From Eubacteriales bacterium (lineage in GTDB: Bacteria > Bacillota > Clostridia > Oscillospirales > CAG-382): a DNA stretch of 64,000 nucleotides. Under the pieces are notes generated by a model that saw only the letters and a list, made by a program, of their open reading frames with translations, was not told the origin of the DNA and did no database searches. Positions 25,761 to 36,412 of this stretch are shown here, piece by piece; within the stretch, counting starts at the first letter, position 1; each line of letters starts with the position of its first letter. The DNA lies in the NCBI GenBank assembly GCA_045536935.1, contig JAZSOO010000019.1:1813-65812 (forward strand), given 5' to 3'. Position numbers and translations under genes: made by a program.

Positions 25761-28700
25761 TTACCGATACCTCTTTTCCGAGCGAGAAGGAATAGATGAG
25801 AACATTCTTAACTTCCCTGCCCGTCATACGCTCGACCGCACGTTTATAGCAAGACAATTGGAGCTTATGACGGTCTATAAGCTCGGTTTCCTCACGGACT
25901 CGGTCGGTCTTATAATCGACAACGGTAAACGTTCCGTCGAGGTTTTCAAAGAAGCAGTCGATTACCCCCTGAACGAGTATGGTTTCGCCGTTTTCTTGGA
26001 ATATATCGCTTACCGAGAAGCGTTTTTCACGGTAGACGTTTTTAGAGTTTCTGATACGTGAATACAGATCGGTTTCAAAGAAATTCGAAAGTGATTTTAT
26101 ATCAAGAAGCTCTTTTTGCTTTTCGGATATCATACGGATATTAAGCAAGCGTTCTGCTTCTTTTTCAACACCGACGGTATCGATTCTGTCAAAATCGCAA
26201 AACTGCATAAACAAATGGTTTGCGGTACCGATATCCGATGCATCGGCATAAGATTCGCTTGCAAACGCAGGCTTTAATGCAACACGTGAGGAAGGCACGG
26301 TTATCAACGAACGGTTGTATTCATCGTCCTCAAGAAGTCCTTCACGAAGCTCGGAAACAGAGATCTTACGTGCGGTATTGACCGAATTTTGATACGGATA
26401 GATAAAATCGACGATATCAAGCATTTTTTTGCTTGGCTTTATTACAATACCGTGTTTCTTGGGAATATATCCCGATTCGGTATTACTTTCGCTGATATGG
26501 GTAACGTCGAAAAACTTTTTCTCACCGAGAGAGGCGACGTATATTGCAAGCTCAAGCCAGCTTTTGCAGGCAGACGGAAGATATATTTTGTTCTCCCAGC
26601 CTTTATCGGCACAGCCGGTTATATAAAGTCTTTCCTTTGCTCTCGTTAATGCAACGTAAAGCTTTCGCAATTCCTCGCCCAAGAGATGTTCCTTTTCCTC
26701 GTCCTCGGCAAGAATATTGCATATCGGGTCGTAGGAAGTTAATTCATCGTTGTTTTTTAATTTGAAGAATATACCTTTACGGCGCAAAACGGTAAGGGGT
26801 GTTTTTTGTTTTTTTCCTCCGAACTTTCTATCGGCACCTGCGACGAAGCAGACCTTATATTCAAGTCCCTTTGATTTATGTACCGTTATGAACGATACTG
26901 CGTCTTCATCGCCGGTACGTGCAACGTCGGCGATCTGCTTGCCTGTTTTTGAAAGTTCTTTGATATAATCGAGGAATCCCGCAAGACCTTGGTTTGATGC
27001 AGATTCGTACTTTTGCGAATATTCATAAAGCAAAAGCAGGCTTTGGCGTGAAGAAGACACCGTTGCTATCTGCAACAGTCCCGACGACACCAGAAAGTCT
27101 TTTAAAAATTCTTTGCAGGGCACGCCCGAGCTTTTCTTCCGCCAAGTATACAGCGTTTTTATAAAATTTTTGCATCTTACGGCAAGGCAGTGTCCGCCGT
27201 GATGTCTTACGGCGTGATATTTGCCCTTTGTTTGACGTTTTCTCGACGGGAATGCCGTTGATACCACTGCATCGAAAAACGGCATAGAGGGCAGATTTTC
27301 ACGTATGCGGTATAGGTCGTCCGACGTGAAATTGCAAACCGGACTTCTCATCAGCGAGCAAAGCGAAATATCGTCGTTCGGGTCGTCTATCGCCTTTAAT
27401 GCAGAAAGCGCCAAGCGGATATCGGGGTTTTCGAGGAAGCTTTCGCTTTTTTCGTTTTTATAGGGTATGCCGTATTTTTGAAAGGCTTTTTCGTAAGGTA
27501 TTGAATAGCCCTTCATTGCGCTTAACATAACGGCAATATCGGAAAACTTAAGTCTTTCTCCGTTATCGGAGGTTTCGTTATTAACAAGCCTTAATATCTC
27601 TTTTGCGATATATTCGGCTTCGGCTTGACGTGATTCCTTTGCCGTATCCTTTTCTTTATCGGAAACGGCAACTATTACGGGATGGTGCCTATCGGGTGCA
27701 GTTGAAGCGTGGATAAGCCATTCATCCTCGTATTCACGGTAATAGGGTGTATTTTGGGTTACAGATCCAAAAAGAAGGTTTACATAATCTATGACAGTCT
27801 GCGAGCAACGGAAGTTTTCACGCAGGAATATTCTTGCCCCCTTATCGGAATTGTCCGAAATATCGCCGTACTGTTCCTTATAGCCAAGGAAAATATCGGG
27901 ATAGGCATTACGGAAACGGTAGATACTCTGCTTGACGTCACCTACCATAAAACGGTTGTTGCCGTTTGAGAGCAGGTTGAAGATACGGTCCTGCATTGGG
28001 TTTACGTCCTGATATTCGTCAATGAGTATCTCTTTAAAGCTTTTTTGCTTTTTCAAAGCAAGCTCGCTTGGGACGCTGTTACCGTTTTCGTCCTTGACTT
28101 CAAGAAGCTGTAACGCTTTTTGCTCGAAATCGGTATAGTCCAAAACACCCGATTCGAGCTTTGCCGTTTCGTATTCGTAATCAAGCTTATTGACGAAATC
28201 TCTTATTGCGTCTATTATATCGGCACATTTATTAAAGCTTTCTGCGATAAGCGCTTCGTTACCTCTGCAATAGCGTTCGAAAAGCGATCTTTCGGTTTTT
28301 ATAAGAGATTCTTTCATTCCCTTGATTATTGCTCGGGATTCGACATCACAGCCTTTGGTGGCAAGCTTTATTGTAGCAAGCGCTTCTTCTGCGGTTTTGC
28401 AGTAATTTGCATAGTTTGTTTCGATTGACGAACGTACCGCTTCGCAACTCTTTACGAGCTGTTCGATAGGCTCGATATATTTATCGTCGGTTGCGACAGT
28501 TACGGCAAAGGTATACATATCGTTTGCCGATTGCAAAAGCTCGTCATAGAAGGTTCTTAAACGGGATTGCATCGTCTTACCACGTTCGGTTTCGAAAAAG
28601 CCTTTTTCGGTCACCGTTTTTGCGTCGTCACGGAGTTCTTTTACGCAATTGACGAGCATCTCTTCCCTATTGAGCATAACACGAAGATTGTTATAGAGAT

Positions 28701-29214
28701 TGATCATCGCGTCGGTCAAGGGTTCATCGTTTTTTATGCCCGAAAAGTTATCGGCAAGCAATAAAAGATTTTTATCCTCGGTTTCGTATCCTTCGGTTAT
28801 TATTCTGTCTGCCGAATTGCGAAGCATCATTGCAGATTCTGTTTCGTCTATAACACGGACACGGGGAGAGATTCCGAGCAGAGCAAAATTCTCCTTTACC
28901 AAAGAAAGGCAATAGGAGGATATTGTGCAGATATTTGCTTCGGAAACGAGGGTTGATTGATAGAAAAGGTGTTTATCGTTGGGGTTCTTTGCGCTTTCTT
29001 CTATCAAAGCCTTATAAAGCTTTTGCTTTATATCGGAAGCGGCGGCTTTCATAAAGGTTACAACAAGAAAATCGGTTACAGAATCGCCGTTTTTGATACG
29101 GCGTATTAGACGTTCGGTAAGTACCGTTGTCTTACCGCTGCCTGCGCCTGCGCTTATGAGGAGGTTTGTGTCACGGGTACTTATAGCATCAGTCTGCTTG
29201 GCTGTAAAGTTCAT
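25753..29214 (-). CDS. addA: ATP-dependent helicase/nuclease subunit A
   Basis: 1153 aa from ATG 29214 (MNFTAKQTDAIS..), with GGAGG 9 nt upstream. UvrD-type helicase motifs (AGAGSGKTTVL) and a C-terminal RecB-type nuclease. The track ORF start at 29355 is inside addB. Confidence 0.93.
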   Translation of the reverse strand: MNFTAKQTDAISTRDTNLLISAGAGSGKTTVLTERLIRRIKNGDSVTDFLVVTFMKAAASDIKQKLYKALIEESAKNPNDKHLFYQSTLVSEANICTISSYCLSLVKENFALLGISPRVRVIDETESAMMLRNSADRIITEGYETEDKNLLLLADNFSGIKNDEPLTDAMINLYNNLRVMLNREEMLVNCVKELRDDAKTVTEKGFFETERGKTMQSRLRTFYDELLQSANDMYTFAVTVATDDKYIEPIEQLVKSCEAVRSSIETNYANYCKTAEEALATIKLATKGCDVESRAIIKGMKESLIKTERSLFERYCRGNEALIAESFNKCADIIDAIRDFVNKLDYEYETAKLESGVLDYTDFEQKALQLLEVKDENGNSVPSELALKKQKSFKEILIDEYQDVNPMQDRIFNLLSNGNNRFMVGDVKQSIYRFRNAYPDIFLGYKEQYGDISDNSDKGARIFLRENFRCSQTVIDYVNLLFGSVTQNTPYYREYEDEWLIHASTAPDRHHPVIVAVSDKEKDTAKESRQAEAEYIAKEILRLVNNETSDNGERLKFSDIAVMLSAMKGYSIPYEKAFQKYGIPYKNEKSESFLENPDIRLALSALKAIDDPNDDISLCSLMRSPVCNFTSDDLYRIRENLPSMPFFDAVVSTAFPSRKRQTKGKYHAVRHHGGHCLAVRCKNFIKTLYTWRKKSSGVPCKEFLKDFLVSSGLLQIATVSSSRQSLLLLYEYSQKYESASNQGLAGFLDYIKELSKTGKQIADVARTGDEDAVSFITVHKSKGLEYKVCFVAGADRKFGGKKQKTPLTVLRRKGIFFKLKNNDELTSYDPICNILAEDEEKEHLLGEELRKLYVALTRAKERLYITGCADKGWENKIYLPSACKSWLELAIYVASLGEKKFFDVTHISESNTESGYIPKKHGIVIKPSKKMLDIVDFIYPYQNSVNTARKISVSELREGLLEDDEYNRSLITVPSSRVALKPAFASESYADASDIGTANHLFMQFCDFDRIDTVGVEKEAERLLNIRMISEKQKELLDIKSLSNFFETDLYSRIRNSKNVYREKRFSVSDIFQENGETILVQGVIDCFFENLDGTFTVVDYKTDRVREETELIDRHKLQLSCYKRAVERMTGREVKNVLIYSFSLGKEVSVIV

Positions 29215-32200
29215 TATCTTCATCCTCCTCCATTTCTTTCCTATTTCTGCAAAAATCGCCGTGCGGACAGAATTTGCAGGGGTCTGCCTTGCCATCGAAA
29301 TCGTTGGGGGTGACGTCCATTTTTCCGCAGAAAACGTTATCGGCAAGGGTTTCAACTTGGTTTTTCAAGGTATTTGAAAGCTCTGTAAATTCTTCGTCGG
29401 TAAGAAGATTATTCGAGCGTTTTGAAAGAGTGCCGTCCTTATTAAGGCTTGTCGGCACATAGGAACAATCGGGACTCATCGCAAGAACGATATCGGGGTC
29501 ATTAAGAAGGATACCGCTTCTTTTGAGGCTCTTTTCTATTTCCGTTTTCACCTTTTCCGGTGTTTCACGGCCTGTGATGCTTACGTTGGGTAACTGTACG
29601 GTATAATAGAGCACACCCGCAGGCTTTGCACCCGTTGCTTCGCAATATGCGAAAAGATAATGGAGCATCTGGGTATCCAATCCTTTTGCCGCCATACTGA
29701 GAGAAAAGGGCTTATTATAAGTCTTGTAATCGACGACACGAACGTATTTTTCACCGTTCACTTCATAGGTATCAACTCTGTCTATCGAACCACGCAAAAA
29801 GACTTTTTTGCCGTTTCTGTCGTATTCGATAGCGGGGATATCGGGGTTATGCAAGCCGATCTTAAATTCGAAGCCCGTTGGCATAAATTTACTTTGAGAG
29901 AACTCTTTCGTTAGGCTTTCGGTCACGAACGAAAGTGTCTTTACTGCATTTTCGAAGGTATGCACAAATCGTTTATTATTCCTCGCTTCTTCGCCTATTA
30001 CGGTTTTAAAATATTCATCGGCATAGGCACGGACCATACTTTCACGGTCGTTATCGTTCGGAGCAACAAATTTTCCGCTTTTAATACATTCTTTAATATA
30101 CTGTTCCAAAACCTTATGGATAAAGGTTCCGATCTCTTGGGAAGCGAAAGCATGCTCTTTCTTTTCCTTTAGGTCGAGCAGATAATTTGCAAAGAAGGAG
30201 AAAGGACAGAGAATATATCTTTCAAATTTAGAGGGAGAAAGAAGGAGCTTGTCCTTATTGAAATCTATTTTCGATTCAGAATCCGAAACAGAAGGGATTT
30301 TTTCAAAGAAGGGCAGATCTTTGTCCTGTAATGCGTCCTTTATATTTGACTTCAATTCCCCGTTTTCAAACGTCGGAAAATATGACGCAACCGATTCACG
30401 GGAATATATAAGCTCATCGCCCGAAAATTCCTTTTCTTCAATCTCGGGAAGCATATTTTTTACAGAGAACCAAGCCGTTGAGGGACGAAGTTCTTCACCG
30501 CTTAATTCGCTTCTTGGGTATGACAGCACAAGACGTTCTGTGGGGGCAGAAAGTGCCGCATATACGAAGAATCTTCCCGTATTTAAGAGTTTGTCCATAG
30601 TGTCGGCAAGCTGAAGTCCAACGCCTTCCAAAACTACGGCTTCATCACGGTCGAAGAAGCCTCCGTTTGAAGTTGACGCAGGAAATTCACCGTCGCAAAC
30701 GCCAAGCACAATAACAAGCTTGCTTCCGCCTGCACGGATCAGAGAAGCATCGCCGAAAGTTACGGAATCGCTTGACGGCGGTATTGCACCCAAGGAATAG
30801 CAATCGCACATAAGCTTCATAAGCGATACCATACGTTTGGGCGACGTTTTCATATTACCGCAGAGAGAATCTAATTGGTCGAAGATATTTATTAAGAGCT
30901 TCCAAAGCTGTATTTCACGCTCGGATTCTTCTCTATCACCGTTTTTGAGGGCATATTCTGCGTTTTTGCGGAGTTTTTCATCTGCTTCCGTAACTATCAA
31001 ATGGTTATAGAGGGCACGGACCGCCTCGGAAACGGTGAGGTCTTTTTTTGTTAGGGTCTCTTTGAGCGCAACCAACGGAGGAACGACCTTTTTCTTTGCG
31101 GAATTTGCTTTATTGAGCAATTTCGCACCACGTTTTGTAAGGTCGCCTTCACGGTAGCCTTCCGGGTCGAGCATCCAATCGTTTTCGCTGTACCACGCCT
31201 TGCCACGTAATTTCCAGGAATAGGCATAGTTCAACACCGCATCGGATTCGGATACGGTTAAATCGGTATATCCCGTTTTTATGTAGCGTTTCATACTGCG
31301 CAGAGAGAAATCCTCGATTATAACGGCGAGGCTCGACAGCAAGAAAGAAAAGACAGGTTTTGACGAAAGTTCCTCCTTTGAGGACATATAGCAGGGTATT
31401 TCTGCACGGGAGAAGACAGAATCGACTATTGACGAATAATTTGAGACGTTGCCCGCAAGAACGGTTATATCCTTATATCTTCCGCCTGCACGGATAAATT
31501 CCGAAATGTCCGCAGCCGCCGCTTCGACCTCGTCAAAGCGGTTCTTTGCTGTTATAAGGCGAACAGAACCGTCGTTTTTATTTAACGGTTTTACGTTCGG
31601 GCACCAAAGGTTACGTTCGATATATTTCAGACATTCGTACTTTGTACGTTTGGGTTCTGCGGTATAATAGTCCTCGCAACCGACCTTGCTCAAACGTTTG
31701 ATCCTATCGGCAGCTTTTGCGTTTTCATAGAAAAATTCACGGTTTTCGTCCACCGTAAAAGAAATATAAGTATCTCTGCTTTGAGCGACGATATGCTTTA
31801 TTACTTCATATTCCTGTTCTGTGAAGTTATAATAGCTGTCTATGAAAACATAGGAATTTTTGAAGAAATTTTTATGTTTTAGTTCTTCCGACAGACGTGT
31901 TAATGCATCACGGGGGTCGAAGAGAGTATCGTCGAAATATTTTTCATATTCGTTATAGATCAACGCAATATCTTTGATCTTTGAAATCAATCGAGGTTCG
32001 TTTTCGAGCGAATCGGTATCTATTGCGGAAAAGAGCATTTGAGGGGTTATAAGTGCCATTTTCATTCTTGAGATAAGATTGAAAAGCGATGCGGCAAAAT
32101 CAGCATCCTCTGCAACAGACTTGAATTCCGTCAATTCTTCCTTCAAAGATTCCGATATAAGCGACAAAAGGGCGCAAGCGCCCCCTTTATCGATTGAATT

Positions 32201-32440
32201 GATTGCCAGATCGCCGAATTCACGCGCTACACGGTTTGGAAGGCGCTCGAAATTGAGAACCTCGCAATAGAGGTTCGAGCTATCGCCGAAGCGTTGACAA
32301 AGCATTGCTTCGTAATCGACGGATTGTTGCTCGGGAACTATAACAAAACAGCGTTTTTTCTGTTTTATGGCTTCGCCGAGCCGAGAGATTATATAATCTG
32401 TTTTTCCGCTTCCTGAAGCACCAATTACACGGTAGAGCAT
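29189..32440 (-). CDS. addB: ATP-dependent helicase/nuclease subunit B
   Basis: 1083 aa. GASGSGKT P-loop. C-terminal nuclease with Cys cluster (..CPFSFF.. ... CKFCPHGDFC) typical of the AddB Fe-S domain. Confidence 0.93.
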   Translation of the reverse strand: MLYRVIGASGSGKTDYIISRLGEAIKQKKRCFVIVPEQQSVDYEAMLCQRFGDSSNLYCEVLNFERLPNRVAREFGDLAINSIDKGGACALLSLISESLKEELTEFKSVAEDADFAASLFNLISRMKMALITPQMLFSAIDTDSLENEPRLISKIKDIALIYNEYEKYFDDTLFDPRDALTRLSEELKHKNFFKNSYVFIDSYYNFTEQEYEVIKHIVAQSRDTYISFTVDENREFFYENAKAADRIKRLSKVGCEDYYTAEPKRTKYECLKYIERNLWCPNVKPLNKNDGSVRLITAKNRFDEVEAAAADISEFIRAGGRYKDITVLAGNVSNYSSIVDSVFSRAEIPCYMSSKEELSSKPVFSFLLSSLAVIIEDFSLRSMKRYIKTGYTDLTVSESDAVLNYAYSWKLRGKAWYSENDWMLDPEGYREGDLTKRGAKLLNKANSAKKKVVPPLVALKETLTKKDLTVSEAVRALYNHLIVTEADEKLRKNAEYALKNGDREESEREIQLWKLLINIFDQLDSLCGNMKTSPKRMVSLMKLMCDCYSLGAIPPSSDSVTFGDASLIRAGGSKLVIVLGVCDGEFPASTSNGGFFDRDEAVVLEGVGLQLADTMDKLLNTGRFFVYAALSAPTERLVLSYPRSELSGEELRPSTAWFSVKNMLPEIEEKEFSGDELIYSRESVASYFPTFENGELKSNIKDALQDKDLPFFEKIPSVSDSESKIDFNKDKLLLSPSKFERYILCPFSFFANYLLDLKEKKEHAFASQEIGTFIHKVLEQYIKECIKSGKFVAPNDNDRESMVRAYADEYFKTVIGEEARNNKRFVHTFENAVKTLSFVTESLTKEFSQSKFMPTGFEFKIGLHNPDIPAIEYDRNGKKVFLRGSIDRVDTYEVNGEKYVRVVDYKTYNKPFSLSMAAKGLDTQMLHYLFAYCEATGAKPAGVLYYTVQLPNVSITGRETPEKVKTEIEKSLKRSGILLNDPDIVLAMSPDCSYVPTSLNKDGTLSKRSNNLLTDEEFTELSNTLKNQVETLADNVFCGKMDVTPNDFDGKADPCKFCPHGDFCRNRKEMEEDEDNELYSQAD

Positions 32441-32444
32441 ATTA

Positions 32445-33020
32445 TCACCAAAAAAATTCCAATAGTTTGAATCTGAAAGTATATTTGCGGTTTGTGAAAA
32501 CCTTTGAATCGTTTTTATTTACGTCGGTACGGGCAAAATCATTCTCGCCCGCAGAAGCTTTTGTGCACAACGGCGGAAACAAAATACACCACCAATTGTT
32601 CCCCTCTGCTTTGCCGAGATTGATTCTTAACGAGCGATACGTTCCCGAAGGGAGAGTTAGGTTTTCGTAAACCCTTGTTGGGTATTCCTCTGTTCCCCAT
32701 TCGCAGACAGCCTTATAGTCCATACCGTTTTCCGAAAGGACACGGTTTGCTATCGCTTCTATCTTGGGCAGATTGGATTCGACCGTTTCGCTTGCGGAAA
32801 CTATATTTCCGTCTTCGGCAAACAGCTCTCCGCATTCATCAAGAATAGCATCACGTACCATTAATTTAACCGTTTGTGCGCTTTCGCTGTTATCCTCCGC
32901 AAGGATATGAAGCCTTATTACGCTATCGTATATCTTCGATTCGCTTCTCGGAATTACCATATCGACAACGTTAAGTAAGATAAAGCAGGCACAAAACAGT
33001 GCAACAATCTTTGTTTTCAT
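32445..33020 (-). CDS. spoIIR: stage II sporulation protein R
   Basis: 191 aa. Signal/anchor sequence, IRLHILAEDNSESAQTVKLMVRDAIL and GNNWWCILFPPLC hallmark motifs. Confidence 0.88.
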   Translation of the reverse strand: MKTKIVALFCACFILLNVVDMVIPRSESKIYDSVIRLHILAEDNSESAQTVKLMVRDAILDECGELFAEDGNIVSASETVESNLPKIEAIANRVLSENGMDYKAVCEWGTEEYPTRVYENLTLPSGTYRSLRINLGKAEGNNWWCILFPPLCTKASAGENDFARTDVNKNDSKVFTNRKYTFRFKLLEFFW

Positions 33021-33049
33021 TTTTTTATCTCCTTTTTGGGTTTGAAGCG

Positions 33050-33078
33050 ATTATTAACCGCAAAAAGGAAAATTATAC
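33050..33078 (-). promoter_or_regulatory. possible sigma-F-type promoter for spoIIR
   Basis: Minus strand reads GTATA-14 nt-GGTTAATAAT, an imperfect match to the Bacillus sigma-F pattern GyATA-N15-GGnrAnAnTw. spoIIR is sigma-F-dependent in Bacillus. Confidence 0.3.
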
Positions 33079-33085
33079 ATTATTT

Positions 33086-33922
33086 TTAAAGTATTTCGCA
33101 GGTATATGCGCTATATCCCTTTTCAATAAGCGATTTCTTTGCTTTTTCTGCAAGTTCTTTATCTGCAAAAATGCCGTAAACCGAAGGTCCGCTTCCCGAA
33201 AGACGTGAATTCCTTGCGCCGAGCGACATCATCAATTCACGAATATCCTTCGTTTCGGGGCAAAGCTCGTCGGTTACGGGCTCGAATGCGTTGCCCAACG
33301 AGGAAATTATCCTATCAATATTACCTTCATTTAAGGCATCGAGGAATACATCCGTATCGTTTCTGACGGGGAGGTTCTTTGCATCGTATTTACGGTAGAC
33401 CTCGGGCGTTGAAAGTCTACCCTTGCCGATCGCTATAACGCAATTAAGCTTTGGAAGACCGTTCAATTCGGTCAATACCTCGCCTCTGCCCTCGCAAAGA
33501 GCAGGTCTTCCAAAAAGGCAGAGAGAAACGTCCGATCCGAGCCTTTCGGCAAGGGAAAAGAGCTTGTCTCCGGTTATCGGATTTCCGTACAGCTCGTTTA
33601 ATCCCTTTAAAACAGCCGCCGCATCTGCACTTCCGCCTCCCAATCCCGCAGGGAACGGAATATTTTTTTCGAGGTAGATCGAAGCCGAAGAGTTTATGCC
33701 CGATGCTTCGAAAAACAATTTTGCGGCACGGACACAGAGGTTATCGTCGGTGCAAAGTGACTTTATATTGCAATCGAACTTCAAAATATCGCTTTTTTCG
33801 ATAATAAGCTCGTCACAAAGCGATATGGGTGCCATAACCGAGCGCAAGGTATGGAACCCGTCGTCACGGACACCTGTTATATCGAGCGTTAGATTTATCT
33901 TTGCGTATGCGTTTATTTTCAT
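33086..33922 (-). CDS. ispE: 4-diphosphocytidyl-2-C-methyl-D-erythritol kinase
   Basis: 278 aa, MKINAYAKINLTLDITG.., GHMP motif PFPAGLGGGSADAAA. Confidence 0.93.
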   Translation of the reverse strand: MKINAYAKINLTLDITGVRDDGFHTLRSVMAPISLCDELIIEKSDILKFDCNIKSLCTDDNLCVRAAKLFFEASGINSSASIYLEKNIPFPAGLGGGSADAAAVLKGLNELYGNPITGDKLFSLAERLGSDVSLCLFGRPALCEGRGEVLTELNGLPKLNCVIAIGKGRLSTPEVYRKYDAKNLPVRNDTDVFLDALNEGNIDRIISSLGNAFEPVTDELCPETKDIRELMMSLGARNSRLSGSGPSVYGIFADKELAEKAKKSLIEKGYSAYTCEIL

Positions 33923-35088
33923 AGCGTTTTTATAAATTCTTCAATACGTTTAACTGCTTTTTTGATATGCGCAGGAGAATATGCATAGGAAAGTCTTGCA
34001 AAGCCGCTTCCGCTTTCACCGAATGCGCTTCCGGGGACTATCGCACATTTCTTTTCATAAAGCAAGCGTTCGCAGAACTGCTCATCAGGCATACCGAATT
34101 TTCTTATATCGGCAAAAACGTAAAATGCACCGTCGGGCATAAAGGTTTCTATGCCGATTCGGTTAAGCTCGCTTACAAGCAAGCGACGGCGTGCTTCGTA
34201 TTCACCCTTCATATATTCAATATCCGCATCTCCGTTTTTGAGTGCTTCGATAGCGGCATATTGGCTTGTTGTGGGGGCGCACATAATTCCAAACTGATGC
34301 ACCTTTGCCATCTGCTTTGTGAAATATTCGGGTGCAAGAGTATATCCCAATCTCCAACCCGTCATTGCATAGGCTTTTGAAAAGCCGTTTGCAATAATGG
34401 TACGTTCACGCATATCGGGAATAGACGCTATTGAAACGTGTTTTTCACCGTATGTAAGCTCTGCATATATCTCATCGGAAAGAACGCAGATATTAGTTTC
34501 ACGGAGTACGTTTGCGATCTCCTCGAGGTCTTCTTTTCTCATAACCGAGCCTGTGGGGTTATTCGGGAAAGGAAGAACAAGAAGCTTTGTTTTATCGGTT
34601 ATAGCGTTTCTAAGCTGTTCTGCGGTAAGGCGGAAGCCGTTATCGGGAGAAAGCTTTATCGGAACTGGAACACCGCCTGCAAGACGTGCAAGAGGCTCGT
34701 AGCAGACAAAGCAGGGTTCGGGGATAATTACCTCGTCACCGTTTTCGATAAGTGCACGCATTGCAATATCGATTGCTTCGCTGCCGCCGACGGTTACTAT
34801 AATTTCGGTTGCAGGGTCATATTCAAGACCGAAACGGCGTTTTTGATATGCCGCAATCTCCTGACGGAATTCCAATATACCGTTATTTGAAGTATAGTAA
34901 GTAAGCCCCTCCTCGAGCGAGCGTATGCCCGCATTACGAATATGCCAAGGGGTTACAAAGTCCGGTTGTCCTACTGTTAAGCCTACGACGTCCTTCATTT
35001 CGTTGAGGATATCGAAAAACTTTCTGATACCGGAGGGTTTTATTTCTGTTACTTTAGCCGGCAGGCTTTTTGATATATCGAATTTCAC
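33919..35088 (-). CDS. class I/II PLP-dependent aminotransferase (AlaT/AspC-like)
   Basis: 389 aa. PLP-lysine region GFSKAYAMTGWRLGY. Paired with an upstream Lrp-family regulator, as in the Bacillus alaR-alaT arrangement. Confidence 0.88.
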   Translation of the reverse strand: MKFDISKSLPAKVTEIKPSGIRKFFDILNEMKDVVGLTVGQPDFVTPWHIRNAGIRSLEEGLTYYTSNNGILEFRQEIAAYQKRRFGLEYDPATEIIVTVGGSEAIDIAMRALIENGDEVIIPEPCFVCYEPLARLAGGVPVPIKLSPDNGFRLTAEQLRNAITDKTKLLVLPFPNNPTGSVMRKEDLEEIANVLRETNICVLSDEIYAELTYGEKHVSIASIPDMRERTIIANGFSKAYAMTGWRLGYTLAPEYFTKQMAKVHQFGIMCAPTTSQYAAIEALKNGDADIEYMKGEYEARRRLLVSELNRIGIETFMPDGAFYVFADIRKFGMPDEQFCERLLYEKKCAIVPGSAFGESGSGFARLSYAYSPAHIKKAVKRIEEFIKTL

Positions 35089-35564
35089 CAGCTGTTTCCT
35101 CTTTTATCGGTCGTTTCGGTGCCGTAGATGACACCGTTTTCTTTATATTTTTGGAGCTCGAAATGGGTTGCGGTTGCTGTTACGCCTTCTATTGTTGCAA
35201 GCTTTTCCGCAACGAAAAACGCAACGTCGCGCATATTCGCACATTCAACGGTTATTGCGAGGTCGAAACCGCCCGACATAAGGCTTATTGACTTGACCTC
35301 AGGGAAATTGCAGATACGTTCCGCAACGGAATCGAAGCCTTTATCACGCTGAGGAATGGTTTTAAGCTCGATAAGCGCAGTTACGGCAGTTTTACCGGTT
35401 TTGTGCCAATCAACGACGGTTCTGTAGGTTATAATAGTTCCGTCGGCTTCACATTCTGCGATTATATTGGAAACCTCTTCTTCGGTTATACCGAGAAGCG
35501 TTGCCAATTCGGAATGGGACATACGTGCGTCCTTTTCGAGATATGCTAATATACGTTCTTTCAT
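35085..35564 (-). CDS. Lrp/AsnC family transcriptional regulator
   Basis: 159 aa from ATG 35564, with GGAGGA upstream. HTH ..SHSELATLLGITEEEVSNII.. and a C-terminal RAM-like domain. Stop overlaps the aminotransferase start (ATGA). Confidence 0.88.
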   Translation of the reverse strand: MKERILAYLEKDARMSHSELATLLGITEEEVSNIIAECEADGTIITYRTVVDWHKTGKTAVTALIELKTIPQRDKGFDSVAERICNFPEVKSISLMSGGFDLAITVECANMRDVAFFVAEKLATIEGVTATATHFELQKYKENGVIYGTETTDKRGNSW

Positions 35565-35574
35565 TTCAGTCCTC

Positions 35575-36399
35575 CTAAAGAGTGTCAAAATATTTTTTAC
35601 GTTGTTCAAAACGTGTTACGTATTTAAAACCTATATTGCGAAGCATTTCCATTGCTTCTTTGAAGTTTGCCGATATATCACGGCAATGGTGGGAATCCGA
35701 GCCTATCGTTATATCCCTTCCGCCAAGCTCGTAATAAAAGCTGAACAGATCGGCATTGGGCAAGCATTCGCCCATAATTTGACGAAGCCCGGAAGTATTA
35801 CATTCAAGCGTTAAGCCCTTATCGATGACCGCTTTTAATATCGGTTCGAAGTATTCCCTGCCCTTTGACTTTATATCCGGAAAATCGGTTATACCGTTTG
35901 CGAGATAGTAGCGTTTGGGATAGGTGATATGAGTTAGGACATCAAAATCGCCCCAATCGATAGTATCAAGCATTTCTGTGATATACAGATCCCAAAGTGC
36001 TTTATATTCCGCAACAGACAGCGATCTTATATCGGTATAGGAAAAGTCGGTTATACCTCTTACGGCGTGTACCGAGCCGAGAACGATGTCATAAGGGTAT
36101 TTCTTAAGCTGTTCCCTTGCCTCGGCGGGCATATGAGTTGCCTGACCAAGCTCTATACCGTGATAGACCGAAAGTCTGCCCTCAAATTCGGCTTTTGCTT
36201 CTGTTATATCACGATAGATGCCCTCGTGGTCAAGCGGAGGAAAATAGCCGTCATAGATGCCGTCGATATCGTAATGGTCGGTTATTGCAACACCGCTTAA
36301 TCCCTTTTCGATTGCGGAAAGGCATATCTCACGGATCGTACTGCCTTCGCCTTGCGGAATATCGCAGGAATATTGTGAATGGTTATGGTTATCAAACAT
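35575..36399 (-). CDS. PHP-domain phosphatase (HisJ-family histidinol-phosphatase-like)
   Basis: 274 aa. MFDNHNHSQYSCD.., ..GSVHA.., ..GSDSHH.. metal-ligand pattern. Confidence 0.85.
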   Translation of the reverse strand: MFDNHNHSQYSCDIPQGEGSTIREICLSAIEKGLSGVAITDHYDIDGIYDGYFPPLDHEGIYRDITEAKAEFEGRLSVYHGIELGQATHMPAEAREQLKKYPYDIVLGSVHAVRGITDFSYTDIRSLSVAEYKALWDLYITEMLDTIDWGDFDVLTHITYPKRYYLANGITDFPDIKSKGREYFEPILKAVIDKGLTLECNTSGLRQIMGECLPNADLFSFYYELGGRDITIGSDSHHCRDISANFKEAMEMLRNIGFKYVTRFEQRKKYFDTL

Positions 36400-36412
36400 A
36401 AAAATACCTTAA

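Noticed and set aside
29215-29355. Upstream extension of addA (track start 29355) and of the Cys-rich gene (22840-22917)
   Set aside because: The extensions run into the preceding gene or the promoter region. Downstream ATGs with properly spaced GGAGG sites give canonical N-termini.
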